Under the pieces are notes generated by a model that saw nothing but the letters and a program-made list of their open reading frames with translations, made no database searches and was not told the origin of the DNA. A DNA stretch of 64,000 nt from positions 130,200,001 through 130,264,000 of the forward strand of contig NC_043000.1 of the NCBI RefSeq assembly GCF_006345805.1. The letters are read 5' to 3'. Shown here in pieces: positions 1-11,934 of the stretch. Every line of letters starts with the position of its first letter. Within the stretch, counting starts at the first letter, position 1. The position numbers and the translations under genes are program-made. The stretch is from Octopus sinensis. Lineage: Eukaryota.

Positions 1-59
1 GGATCTCCCACACTTGATTCACTGAAACATCGAAGATGTGACAGCTGATGAGAAAGAGT

Positions 60-230
60 GTTGGTTGCATCAGTACTCAGCTGGTACTCACTTTTAGGTG
101 AGTAGGCTGGAGCAATATGAAAGGAAGTGCTACGCTCAAGGACACACTGCAATGCCTGGTGCATCAATCGAAACTGCAACTTCACGACCATGAGCCGAAC
201 ACTAGCCACGGAGCCACCACGCGTCTTCAC
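60..230 (-). mobile_element. Old tRNA-derived SINE (OR-like head), degenerate
   Basis: The minus strand reads gtgaagacgcgtggtgg...gtttcgattgatgcaccaggcattgcagtgtgtccttgagc, a tRNA-like A/B-box head followed by the gtgtccttgagc core. Related copies lie at ~21660-21830 and ~45720-45905. Confidence 0.65.
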
Positions 231-349
231 TCTAGTGCTAATTATTGAACTATATTACCGATTAACGTTTCAGATTTAAGTTATAGCTGTGTATAACATA
301 AAATTTAATACTGTAAAGATGAAATATCAACGTGACTAACTTAAAATGT

Positions 350-665
350 CATTTCACAACTGCAATATTTATGCGATCAACTTTACATTTCATGTTTCAC
401 AACTGATATATATCTGTTATCAGCTTTATATTTCGTGTTTCTCAGCTGAAGTATCCGACTTATTTGTAGAATTTCTCAACTAAAAATGATACATGTCTGA
501 TCAGCCATACATTTCGTATTTCTTAGTCAAATTATATCTGTGATCTATTATAGATTTCAAGCCTCACATTTGAAACATATCAGGGATCACTTTAACATGT
601 CTTTATTTCAGAGCCGAAGTATCTTTCATCTACATCACAGTTCGTATTTCACTTCTGATTTATCC
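350..665. repeat. Degenerate ~43-bp minisatellite, about 8 units
   Basis: The motif tttc(a/t)caactg...tatctg..atc..ttt recurs near 351, 394, 437, 472, 518, 561, 606 and 646. Confidence 0.6.
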
Positions 666-2892
666 CTAAAATTTTAGAATTCAATAACATAAAATATACT
701 ACATAGTATAAACTAAAATAAAGCAGATCGCCCATGTAGCGTCATCCTTGCACACACGAATACAAATCGTACGGAGGTAAAAACGTTTGTTACAAGATAG
801 TTTGCCATCTACACTATTCCATACGTACTTGTATATCAAGAAACCAAACTTATGTTTCTTTTTAGTGCCCATATATACAATCCTACACTTTCCGCAGAAC
901 AAAACTGCTTATTCTGATCTAAACATTACGTTATTATTTACTGATGTATTAACTGAATTACATAACAAATCCTTGTATGTTATGTAATCAGTTAGTCTCG
1001 AGTAGAGGCATTTCTGTATATTTTCTTATCTTCGTGTTTTTCCTCGACCTCTTAACTCTACCATCTACCTACCTGCTTACGTACTCTTCTACACATTATC
1101 TAATCATCTCTACGTAACATACATTTCTTGAAAATTTCAACTAATCACACGAGAACTTCCTCACTCTTCACCTGCTTATGAAATCTGAAATTATCCATCT
1201 TATTATCTATATGTGTGTATGTGTGTGTGTTTACCGAGCTTGCGGTAAATAAAAAGAAATGCAATTTAAATTTTGTTCAAAAGTAGTTTCGTGAAATTTT
1301 CTGAAGCCCTATCAATGTAAAATCGCCACGACAAACGCAATTGTCATTATATAATGCACAAATCCAATAAGCTTTTAAAACACATACACCTCCCTCTTAT
1401 TAAGCAGTTAATTGAAAGCTTCATTCCTTCAAACGAGGATTATGCGTAGCACTCCATATAGGTTTTCGAAATACACGTGCATAAGTAAATCACTGTACGT
1501 TACTATTGTTACAATACAAATCTCGTAAGGGTGAAACAGGTCATACTTTTCTAGCCACCAACTCAGTATAAAATTGCCATCGACAACTTTCGTATTCTCC
1601 TATTGGAGCAAACTGATGACATTGTTGCTTTTGTTGATGTGGATATTTCCAAATATTTCCGAAATCGCCCCACTTCCATCTCAAAAAGACGACACGTTAG
1701 ACACAGTAATTTCTAAACAATATTTGAAAACAATCTTTACTAGAACACCTTTGCTCAGAGGCCTGCGTATTCAGGGACGACCTGAACGTGGAAAACTTGT
1801 TCCAGTGATAAGCTACAAGATGTGAATCATTCATTAAACTTTACGACATGTCGTCGATTGTTTCAAGTTTAAGTACAGTGTTAGGTGTACTCTTGTATGT
1901 ATTTTATAAATAAACACATATAACGCATCTATTTAAATCCCCACGCAAATATACACAAACAAGAAAGGATTTTCCCCCATCCAATTGAATCATGTAAGGG
2001 TGGAGAATGTAGATAACTCTATTCAATGGTATGAACGCAGAAATCAATCCCGGAGGATAAATTAAGGTTTCACTACAGTCGACGAAGCACCGTCAGACAA
2101 CTAAGCATATTGCGCATGCTCCAGCGTCGCAATGATTCCCATGTGGTGAATACAGAATGAGAGTAACACTAGATATGAAGTAATGTTGTCTCGGTGAATA
2201 AAACAAACTAACATATGTAACTAAATTGAAATAAAGAAAACATAAAAACGAAGAAAGTACGGGTGAGTTGCATAGAAATCTAATGAGGAATACTAAATAA
2301 ATAAATAGCCAAATTGTTAAATGGAAGTCTTTCATCGCTGTTTTCGCTTACGATAAAAATGTGTGAAAGAATTTCAATAACCCTACTATTTTATTTATTA
2401 GCTGTTATATTTGGTACGAGTGTGAATTTTAAAACAAAGAAAAACAACATATAGAATTACACACACACACATATATGAGAAGAAAGAGAGAGAGAGAGGG
2501 ATACAGTGGAGAAAAAAGACATGAGCAAGAAGGATAGAGGGAGGCAGATAGAGAAGAGGAAAAGATATATATATATATTGTTAACGATGAATAATAATAC
2601 TTCAGTAAGTTGGTAACAATGATAACAAGGTGAATATTTCTCCAAATATATTCCAGTACTTGAATGCTACATTATATATATATATATATGACTATTGTGG
2701 CAAGGCTGATAAGGATAGAGTAAAGGAGACAAAACCCAGAAGTATCTTTGAACAAGTGGTTCCTCAAAAGAATGCATACCTAACTCCTGTGAACGACGAG
2801 GCAGAAAAAGATGAGGGACCCAAGGAAGTAGCAACCGGAAGCCACTCTGTGCCAGTGGTCTTACAAAGGAACGCAGCCCTCACCCCATTTTC

Positions 2893-4030
2893 TAGCTCTT
2901 ACAACATTATGAGTGGATGTTGATGCAGTTACTCAATAACTGAAATGTGGACGTAATATATCTTGAGTTTGCAAAAGATTTTAACAAAGAGGGTCATGGT
3001 ATGACATGCCACAAACTGTGTGATCTTGGCATAACTGGAAAACTTGGAGAATGATTACATGACTTTCTGAAAGACAGATGTCGGGCAGTAGTGGTCAATG
3101 TAGTCACTTCAATGAAAACACAAATAGCGAGCGATGTTCCACAGCACTCTCTTGAGGCCACTGCTTTTCATAGATGCTCTCGCAGATATGCCCTCAACTG
3201 CCCGGATAGCCACCCTTGCTAGCTACGTAGACGATACGAATATCTCGCAGAAAATACAGAACCCCAGCGATGTTGCACTTCTGCAGCAGGAGTTGGACTC
3301 AATTTGCAGATGGGCTGAGGATAATAATATACAGTTCAATGCTGAAAAATTCCTAGCCCTGCGCTATCAGCGTCCAAACCAGGATATGAAGCTTACAGGG
3401 TATACTGGTCTACAGGGAATTACAATCCCAGAGCCTAAATCAGTGAGGAATCTGGGTGCTGACGTGAGTGATGATAACAAGTGCACATTACCAGGATGGC
3501 GACTAAGTGCAGACGACTGGCTGGCTAGATCCTGAGAACATTCAGAACCAGACAGAAGGAAACCATGATGGTCCTCTGGAGGACATTCATCCTCAGCCGC
3601 TTGGATTACTGCTCCCAGCTATGATCAACCAACAATGTAAAATTAACAGCGGAACTTGAAGCAATCCAGCGAAGCTTCAGAAAGAAGATCGTCTCATTGC
3701 AACAGCTCAGCTACTGGGAAAGGCTGAAACAGCTAAGTCTCTACTCCCCGGAGCGAAGGCGTGAGAAATATGCGTTAATATACATCTGGAAAATCCTGAA
3801 AGAGATTGTACCAAATTTTGGCATTGAAAGCTACACCAATACCAGAACGGGTCGACATTGCACAGTTTCAAAGATCCCGGCAAAGCCATTGCACTTCAGG
3901 ACCAGTTACTGCAACAGCCTGGGTTTCAGGGGCCCATAGCTTTTTAATATTCTCTCAAAGAGCAGGAGGAACCTGCACAAAGTAAATGTAGACGTTTTTA
4001 AATCATGGCTGGACCTCTTCCTGTCGAGAG
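2893..4030 (+). mobile_element. Degenerate non-LTR retrotransposon ORF2 (CR1/L2-type reverse transcriptase to C-terminus), with stops and frameshifts
   Basis: Translates to NVDVIYLEFAKDFNK (cf. VDVIYLDFAKAFDKV), LGITGKLGE*LHDFLKDR, SYVDDT (YADDT catalytic motif), WAEDNNIQFNAEKF and LSYWERLKQLSLYSPERRREKY. Confidence 0.9.
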
Positions 4031-4817
4031 TCCGAAAGAATGAAAGGTATCGGGCACTCGTGTAATTCAATCTACTTGACGATCAAAGAACTTCGTCAGT
4101 CGACCGCCTGTGTGTGTATATAATACTATTTTAAACATGGAGTTTACTTCAGTAAGTCCATCCAATGATACAAGCTAGCAGACGAGACAGTAAACCAGGA
4201 ATTGCTCTATCTAACTCGTCTCTGAAAATTCACAAATACTTGGAGAGAGAGAGAGAGAGCGAGAGAGGTTGAGAGAGAGAGAGAGAGAGAGTGTGTGTGT
4301 GTGTGTGTTTCTCCATGTGACTACGTTTGCCTGCCTATCTTTGCTCAAATTCACGATAAATGTACAAGAAAACCCTAACAGCGAAAACAGTTCACTCAAG
4401 AAAAGAAAATGGTAGTCAACGGAGATAAAAGGAACAGTGTAAATGTTTAAATAATAGACATAAAGACGAAGGACAGTTGAATATTTATGAGCTAATTTGG
4501 AATTCGCATGTTCAATCCATGAATCATTAAACAGTTTAAATGAGAGTAAATATGCAGAAAAAAAAAGAACCATTAGACAACGGTGAAAATCGTTTATCAA
4601 ATCCCTACCAAGTACAGGAGAAAGCTTTTGACATATTCCAGTGTTATGCTGACATATTTTCGTTGAACTTGCTGGAAAATCGAAGTGATAATGCGAGGGT
4701 TCCATGGCTGGGCGTGAAATAAATGAATGAAGAGAAAATATGAGCGAATGTACGTTTAAACATTCGTGTTAGGTAGGGTGCGGCAGAAACTAGAAGTGAT
4801 AGAAAGAGGAAAACAAT

Positions 4818-5098
4818 AATTTTATCACCACTTAAACGTCGGTGTTCTATAAGAACAGACTATACTGTTATTTAGATCCCAAGAGGACTCCTCCTCCAGT
4901 TGGTTATTCAGTGTGCTTCGCACACGATATATATTGCAAGTAGGGAGAGACCTCTCTGCTATTCTAGCTAGGAGACCACCAGATCGTGTGATTTCGATCT
5001 CATTTTGATCATATTCCGTGATGGATGCTCATCTGGGGTCAAAATAGCAGTATCACTTGTTCTTATAAAATGCAATGTTTAGGTGGCGATAAACATTA
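4818..5098. mobile_element. MITE-like element with ~65-bp imperfect terminal inverted repeats
   Basis: tttatcaccacttaaacgtcggtgttctataagaacagactatactgttatttagatccca matches the reverse complement of tggggtcaaaatagcagtatcacttgttcttataaaatgcaatgtttaggtggcgataaa. Confidence 0.7.
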
Positions 5099-5399
5099 CT
5101 TCTCTGTATAACTACTACTTCCGTCTCTCATAGTGATTTACTTAACAAGCAAGTTTGTTGATAATAGGTTTTGAATACTGTATTATTGTACAGCAAACTA
5201 TTCAGTGAATACGTAAATATTTTAGAAGTGCACTGCTCAAATGCCCCAGACCAATGTGAACAACATTGGTGGCTAAAAGAGTATGATAGATATCGAGTTT
5301 TGTCTTGCCATTGCGATATACGTTTTCGTATATCTCGCTATCATTTACCAGAACTGATACATTTGTGAAAGCTTCAGTCGTTGACTCCGAACACTGATT

Positions 5400-6290
5400 T
5401 TAACAGAGAAGCCTGTACGTATTTGACCGAAATGCTACAAATAGCAGAGAAATGTCCTGTAGTCGCCCATTCAAAAAAGCTTAAAGTTTGTATGACGCTT
5501 TGCAAAAACAGAAAGGTGAACCGTCGAATGGAAAACATTTTGAACCTTGTAAAGATTGATTTGAAAAGTATAAGAAGTACTTGAACCTGAACAGCAGAAT
5601 AATAATTGGTAAAGCTGCCGATGATGATGTAAAGGTTGTGTCTATCTTGAGGAGCTGAAACAAAATGATTGCTAAAGTGGGTTACACAACAGAGCAAATA
5701 TAGAATTTTAATGAAACTGCCTTTTCTAGATCTTTTATCTCTTTAGAACAAAAGTCAACACGTGGCTTTATAACTTCTAAAAATCATCTGGCGCATCTCC
5801 TGGTAGAAAGATTTTTCGTTAATATGAAATTTCAAGGGTCACGTAAGAGGTTACCCTTCCTCTGATTTGTCGTACAAATAAGGTTGTAGATGAATAATAA
5901 CCTTTTAAAAAAGGGTTTACACACGCTTTTGTCTTCTAGTAGAAAGGCACAGTGTGAGACATATTTTCAATGAAGCTTTGTTCCTTTTAGACAATGTGCG
6001 AAGACACGCAGAGAAATTAAATGAACTTTCTGACAATGTGAGATTAGAATATTTTTCCAAGAATGCAATATCTTTGCTGTATTGAAAGGATTAAGATGCG
6101 ATAACTAACATCAAGTAGTATTATTTAAAAAGATCTGTCATACAAGTTATGAAAGCAATTGAAAAGGAAGATAAACATACACTTGGGAACTTCTAGAAGG
6201 TCAACAAAATGGATGCTGTGGATTAGCTGAGTTGTGGGATGAAGTGAAACCCTTAACTTCGGACTGCATTCGTAACTTTAAAAGCTTTCC
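5400..6290 (+). pseudogene. Degenerate Tigger/pogo-family transposase (CENP-B-type HTH plus DDE_1), not called by the ORF track
   Basis: Broken frames give KA*SLYDALQKQKGEPSNGKHFEPCKD*FEKYKK, GKAADDD, GYTTEQI*NFNETA, ALFLLDNVRRHAEKLNELSDNVRLEYFSKNAISLL (cf. LLLDNAPGHP...VVFLPPNTTSLIQP), YYLKRSVIQ and WDEVKP. Confidence 0.85.
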
Positions 6291-7979
6291 AAAACAGAAA
6301 ATCTACATGAAGTTCAAAAAGTTATCACATACGGTCCTGAAGAAATCATAAAAGATGATATGGTTGGGCTGCATATGCCCATGGGGAAAATACTGATACA
6401 GGAAAGAGACTAAAATACAAAGAGCCTAACATTGTAGAAGGAAAATAAAACTAAATTATCTAATAAATATGTAGGGGCGACCATATTTAATGTGATAAAG
6501 GAATATATTACAACTTGCATGCTTATTTGGCCAAAATAGTAATTACTAAGCATGAAAATATGAATATAAGAATATTACCGTTATATGTATGTATGTATGT
6601 GTGTGTGTGCGTGTACGGTAAGGAACTATGAGTCTATATAAATAAGAAATCCAGTCATCCCGGCTGTACAACATTTAAACCCGAATGCCTGTAAACACGA
6701 ATGTCATCATTATCTTTAGATGAAGTAACGTTTTACATTATTATATTGGACCTCTCCCAAGAATGGTCTGACAGATAAAATACAATATAGAATCAGATAG
6801 GTTTATCCAAACATAAAATTAAACAAAGAAATATTCTCCGATTTAATGCAGTTTATAGCTCAATCTTACGAACTAATATAGCTCAAAACGTCGTGAATTT
6901 AATTTCTTTTCATTTCACGAAGAAGTTATTTGGCGGTGAATCTCAGATATGAAATTTTATTAATGTAATCTATTCTCGCTGTTAAAATTTGCATACTCAA
7001 TTAACCATTTCAAATCGAAACTCCTTTCCAACTAGTATTAGTCATTTTCTACTTATAATTCAATAATTCGAAGAAAATAATCCCAACAGACCTTTTCGGG
7101 CATATTTGGTTTTCAAAAGAAACTGTCCATCATGATTTAAAATCAAATGAACATTCTCGAATATACTTTCCCATTTGTGCATATAGCTTTTGAACGAATT
7201 TGCGATGTAAATTATGCCTTGTAGTAAAGTTAATCCCTTTATTTCAATAAGTTCATGGCTAAAATAAAAAAGACTGCGCGACATTTGCTGACATTGTAAA
7301 TATTCTTACTTTCCAACCATATACAACCGAACGGAAGAATTAAGTAACAGAACAATACAATTCCACCTGTTTCTGTTTCCCAGGCCTTCGCTGTTTTGAA
7401 TAACTTCATCTTGTACACCGAGACATACTCACGCTATTTTCATATTTTTATCTAATTGCATTTACATAAGTGCTTTCATTCTATATATTTTCATGTTTTC
7501 TATAAACAATAATATCGTTTGACGTAAACCTCACCATAAGAAGGGAGAATCACCACAAACTGATTTTCCCTTCCTATTGCATGCTGTAACCATTACATCA
7601 TGAACGTTTTGTACCATTTTACATGTCATGCAGAACAAGACATGTTGTGACATATAAAAATTGTCCATTCTTTATATACCATTCTGAATGTCATTTTACT
7701 TCACCAAACGGAAAACATGCGACGGTTTGTGAAGTTTCATCATTATATATCCCTACTTCATGGTTGAGCACGCTTTAACCATCTTACTGATGGAACTTCA
7801 GTGTTATGTGTGTCCATAAAACATAAAAAAGGTAACAAAATAATAAAGCAGAATATCAATGACAAACTCTGCACCATCATTAGTCCATCTGCCTTCATGA
7901 ATTTTTATAGCCTATTAATGCGTAACACGACAGTATTAAATCTCAGTTGACACGGATGTTAGTATTATTAATAAAACTG

Positions 7980-8140
7980 AAGGCTGCAATCTGGCAGGGT
8001 CGTTAGCAGGCCGGGTAGAATGCTTAGCGGCATTTCGTCTTTCCGTTCTGAGTTCATATTACGCCGAGGCCCACTTTGCCTTTCATATTTTTGGGGTCGA
8101 TGAAATAAGTACCAGTTAAGCACTGGGGTTGATGTAATCC
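7980..8140 (+). mobile_element. Nin-domain tRNA-derived SINE
   Basis: aaggctgcaatctggcag...gttagc...ttctgagttcatatt...tttgcctttcat...ggggtcgatgaaataagtaccag matches the family seen repeatedly in the window. Confidence 0.75.
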
Positions 8141-8312
8141 CTAAAAAATTTTGGGCTTATGCATAAATTGTTTACACAGACACACACACACACACGCGCA
8201 CATTTCTAATTTAGGCGCACACATAGATACTCTGTGTGTGTGTAGATATCTCGTTGTAAAAGTAATGATATAATCCCAAGTGTGTGTGTATATATGAATG
8301 TGCTTATGCACG

Positions 8313-8347
<35 letters not shown>

Positions 8348-8526
8348 TATATATATGAGGCCATGAGTGCATGAATGTATATATTTATTTTAAGCATTTG
8401 GTATGCATCTACCTATACATACTCGAATAATCAAATATTTTATTCACACGGTAAAAATGTTGAATTCGTAAAATATTTCATTCTATGTGCACTTAAGTAT
8501 ATTAGCTTACGTTAGCACGACGTGAG

Positions 8527-8560
<34 letters not shown>

Positions 8561-8731
8561 TGTGAGTGGATCCGTTGGTTGTATTCATATATATTCGTGT
8601 ATATGCACATCCATATAAATTCTTCGGATGCACGTGTGGACTGACATGACAGCATTCATTCATGTATATCAATTAATATATACATTCATGCGGGGACATG
8701 TGTAGGCATTTGCTCTTAAATTATATATATA

Positions 8732-9368
8732 CTAGCAGTATCGCCCGGCGTTGCTCGGGTTTGTAAGGGAAATAACTATATAAGCATTTTTAGAGAGTTA
8801 TAGCCAAAAAATAGCAAAAAATGCATTAAAAATGGAAAAAATATGATGGTAAATTTTTTTTTAAATCGTTGACTCATCGTAGACATTTTTAGAGAGTTAC
8901 TTCCCTTATATAATAGCGAAAAAATGCATTAAAATGGAAAAAAAAACGATGGTAAATTTTTTTTTAAATCGTAGACTCATGTAGACGCTTTCTTAGCCAT
9001 TTCTGTTTTGGTGTCTTCAAGCCATGAAGTCGTTGTTCTAAAAGAACACTGGTCTCCTTGACAACGCATTACGACGTTGATTTCCTTACACTCCCTTCCC
9101 CACAGGTGCAGGTGTGAGCGTGGACGCCAACTCCGCCGCCATCGACACACGAAAAATTATGCATTAAAATGGAATAAAAAATGATGTTAAATTATTTTTA
9201 AATCGTAGACTCATCGTAGACGCGCGCTAATATTCAGACGGGCTCGATATGAATCACGACTATAAGCTACCCGAATTTGGTTAAACTGTACCGCAAAATG
9301 TGGGAGTAGTTAGGAATCTAAATCGAAGGGGACAGACACTCACACAACTACAGTTTTATATATATAGA
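8732..9368 (-). mobile_element. Non-autonomous Helitron (3' module, with its own TC start)
   Basis: The minus strand begins TC (tctatatatataaaac) and ends cccgagcaacgccggg (hairpin)...actgCTAG. It is inserted between A and T with no TSD. A second copy starts at 26899. Confidence 0.85.
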
Positions 9369-9379
9369 TATACATAGCG

Positions 9380-9755
9380 CAGTAGTGGTGAGATATGACA
9401 GCAAAGAAAAGCATACATTCACTCTCTGCATGCAATTAGACTCGGAAAGTTCGTGAGGAACCCATTGACCCAATTTGCTGACTTTTCCGATAGCACACAG
9501 GTGTCAATGAATGGTTGAATGACCAAATCCAAGCTTCTCTGTTAGTTCCTCAACAGTTACGATGATATTTTGTTCCACCAGGGTTTTCAGGATGTCCTTG
9601 TCGAGTTCTACAGATCTTTCAGGATGAGGCTCGTCTTCTAGGCTGTAGTTTATGGCTCGGGATTTCTGGAACCACCATTGACACTGCCTTACGCTTATTG
9701 TCCAATCCCCATATACTGCATTAATATTTCTTGTACTTTGCACACATTTATATTC
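9380..9755 (-). pseudogene. Mariner (Mos1/SETMAR-type) transposase N-terminal fragment
   Basis: RNINAVYGDWTISVRQCQWWFQKSRAINYSLEDEPHPERSVELD...TVEELTEKLGFGHSTIH*HLCAIGKVSKLGQWVPHELSE contains the diagnostic WVPHEL motif and HTH. Confidence 0.9.
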
Positions 9756-9803
9756 TGTTATTCTTTTATATGTTTCAGCCTTGAGGTTGTGGCCATGCTG
9801 GAT

Positions 9804-9805
<2 letters not shown>

Positions 9806-9839
<34 letters not shown>

Positions 9840-9946
9840 TATCTGTCTGTCTGTCTGTATGTATATATGTATATGTATGTGTGTGAACAATCATATTTTC
9901 AACAGATGTGTTGCAAATGTATCTGATTGTTCTCAAGCTTCAATAC

Positions 9947-9977
<31 letters not shown>

Positions 9978-10092
9978 ATGTGTGTATGTATGTATGTATG
10001 TGTGTGTGTGTGTATGTATGTGTATGTGTGTGTATGTATGTATGTATGTATGTATGTATGTATGTATGTATGTATGTATGTATGAGTGTATG
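9806..10092. repeat. (TG)n/(TATG)n compound microsatellite
   Basis: Read directly from the sequence. Confidence 0.95.
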
Positions 10093-10108
10093 TTTACTTT
10101 ATTACTAA

Positions 10109-10499
10109 TTACTCTCTTCCAAGAACATTTTCACTCACTCTTAGCTCACCATACATTTTACTCATGTATCTATCAGCGTCATAGACAGAATACTTTCACT
10201 TTAGTCTTCCTCAAATCACTGTCGCTATTTACTTTCATTTTATTCGTTGCCCACTGTGTGTGTGCGTTTGCGTGTGGTGTAAACCAGACTAAGAAAAGTA
10301 TTTGACACACACACCAGAATGTGAGTTTTCTATAAATTTTGCTTAATTGGAGTTTAAATTTTAAAAACTGGACCTGGCATGACGCGATGCATTGTACTCT
10401 CAAAAATGCTAGGTAAATTGTAATTGAAGAAATCCTATATTGTAGATTTGTATAACTCCCAAAGGGAGGCAGATAAAATATGCCTTTTATAATAAGAGA
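10109..10499 (-). mobile_element. Helitron-like 5' module (near-identical to ~27670-28069)
   Basis: About 390 bp shared with 27670-28069. The minus strand starts TC (tctcttattataaaaggc) after an A and carries subterminal hairpins. Confidence 0.7.
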
Positions 10500-11165
10500 T
10501 ATATATGCCTTTTCATGTATAAATGTGCGCGTGTGTTTTTGTGTGTGTATCTTCATGCCTTCACGGTCGTGATTCTGCGGAATTAACATGAATACATAAT
10601 AGCTATGCACGTGCACATGAGAGCTTTATGGTCGTCTACTTTCAGTTGCTTGTATACAGATGTCAGTACACATGCCCGATTATGCAAATGCGTACACGTG
10701 TTCATCTGCTTCTACTATGCATTTGTGAGCACATCCACAAGTCGATGCCTCACCAGCTCTCAGCTTTTACGCATCAGACGTATATACACATACGCACATA
10801 CATATACACACACACACACACATATATATATAATTATATATGTGTGCATACTTTGATGTATACTTATGTGCATGCATGTAGCTATGTAAGTGTGTCTAAA
10901 ACTGATTTCGGCGCGTGGTGCATATTTTCTGACAGAAATGTGGCTGCGGCGTGGCATGCGAAAATCTAGCACAACACCAACACCAGCAGCAGCAGCAGCC
11001 GCAGCTACAGATGGCAGCACGCAGAAAAACAGCAACCGCAGCAACATTAACAACAACAGCAGCAGCAGTAACCACGAAATCAGAACAAGAGGAGAAACAA
11101 AAACAACAATATCAACTAACATTAGAATAATATATAAACAGGCGCGCGCGTGTATGTGAGTGCGC

Positions 11166-11213
<48 letters not shown>

Positions 11214-11216
<3 letters not shown>

Positions 11217-11431
11217 CAACTAATCCAGAAACGGCGTTCTCAAGTAATCGATGTGCGTGTGATCTTTCGCTGTTTTTCCCTCTATACCTACGTGAATTAT
11301 TTTTGAGTATACATTGTCTGGGAGACTTTTCTTATAGTAGAGAAAATAGCAAAATATTTTTTGGATGCTATTTCTAAAAGTTCAGTGTGTGGTAAAGTAA
11401 ATTTTTTTTACTGAACCCTAATTATATAACG

Positions 11432-11479
<48 letters not shown>

Positions 11480-11696
11480 CTCCAACTAATCCAGAAACGG
11501 CGTTCTCAAGTAATCGATGTGCGTGTGATCTTTCGCTGTTTTTCCCTCTATACCTACGTGAATTATTTTTGAGTATACATTGTCTGGGAGACTTTTCTTA
11601 TAGTAGAGGAAATAGCAAAATATTTTTTGGATGCTATTTCTAAAAGTTCAGTGTGTGGTAAAGTAAATTTTTTTTACTGAACCCTAATTATATAAC

Positions 11697-11697
<1 letters not shown>
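11214..11697. repeat. Tandem direct duplication of a 218-bp unique segment bounded by (TA)n
   Basis: 11214-11431 and 11480-11697 are identical except for one substitution (tagagaaaatagc vs tagaggaaatagc). Confidence 0.95.
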
Positions 11698-11748
<51 letters not shown>

Positions 11749-11934
11749 TATATATCCTGGGAAATGTGAAGGAGTCCAGTTGACATAAATACTAAAAATT
11801 ATGCTACTACATCATCGCTGCTTCCACCAACACCATCCCCGCCAGCGCTATCATTAATTCCACCATTATCACCACCACCGCGACTGTCACCCACACTGCT
11901 ATTGCTCGTAAGCGAAACTCAAAACTACTACAAG

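Noticed and set aside
10890-11159. Poly-Ala/Ser/Asn ORF
   Set aside because: It derives from CAG/CAA trinucleotide repeats and has no splice or homology support.
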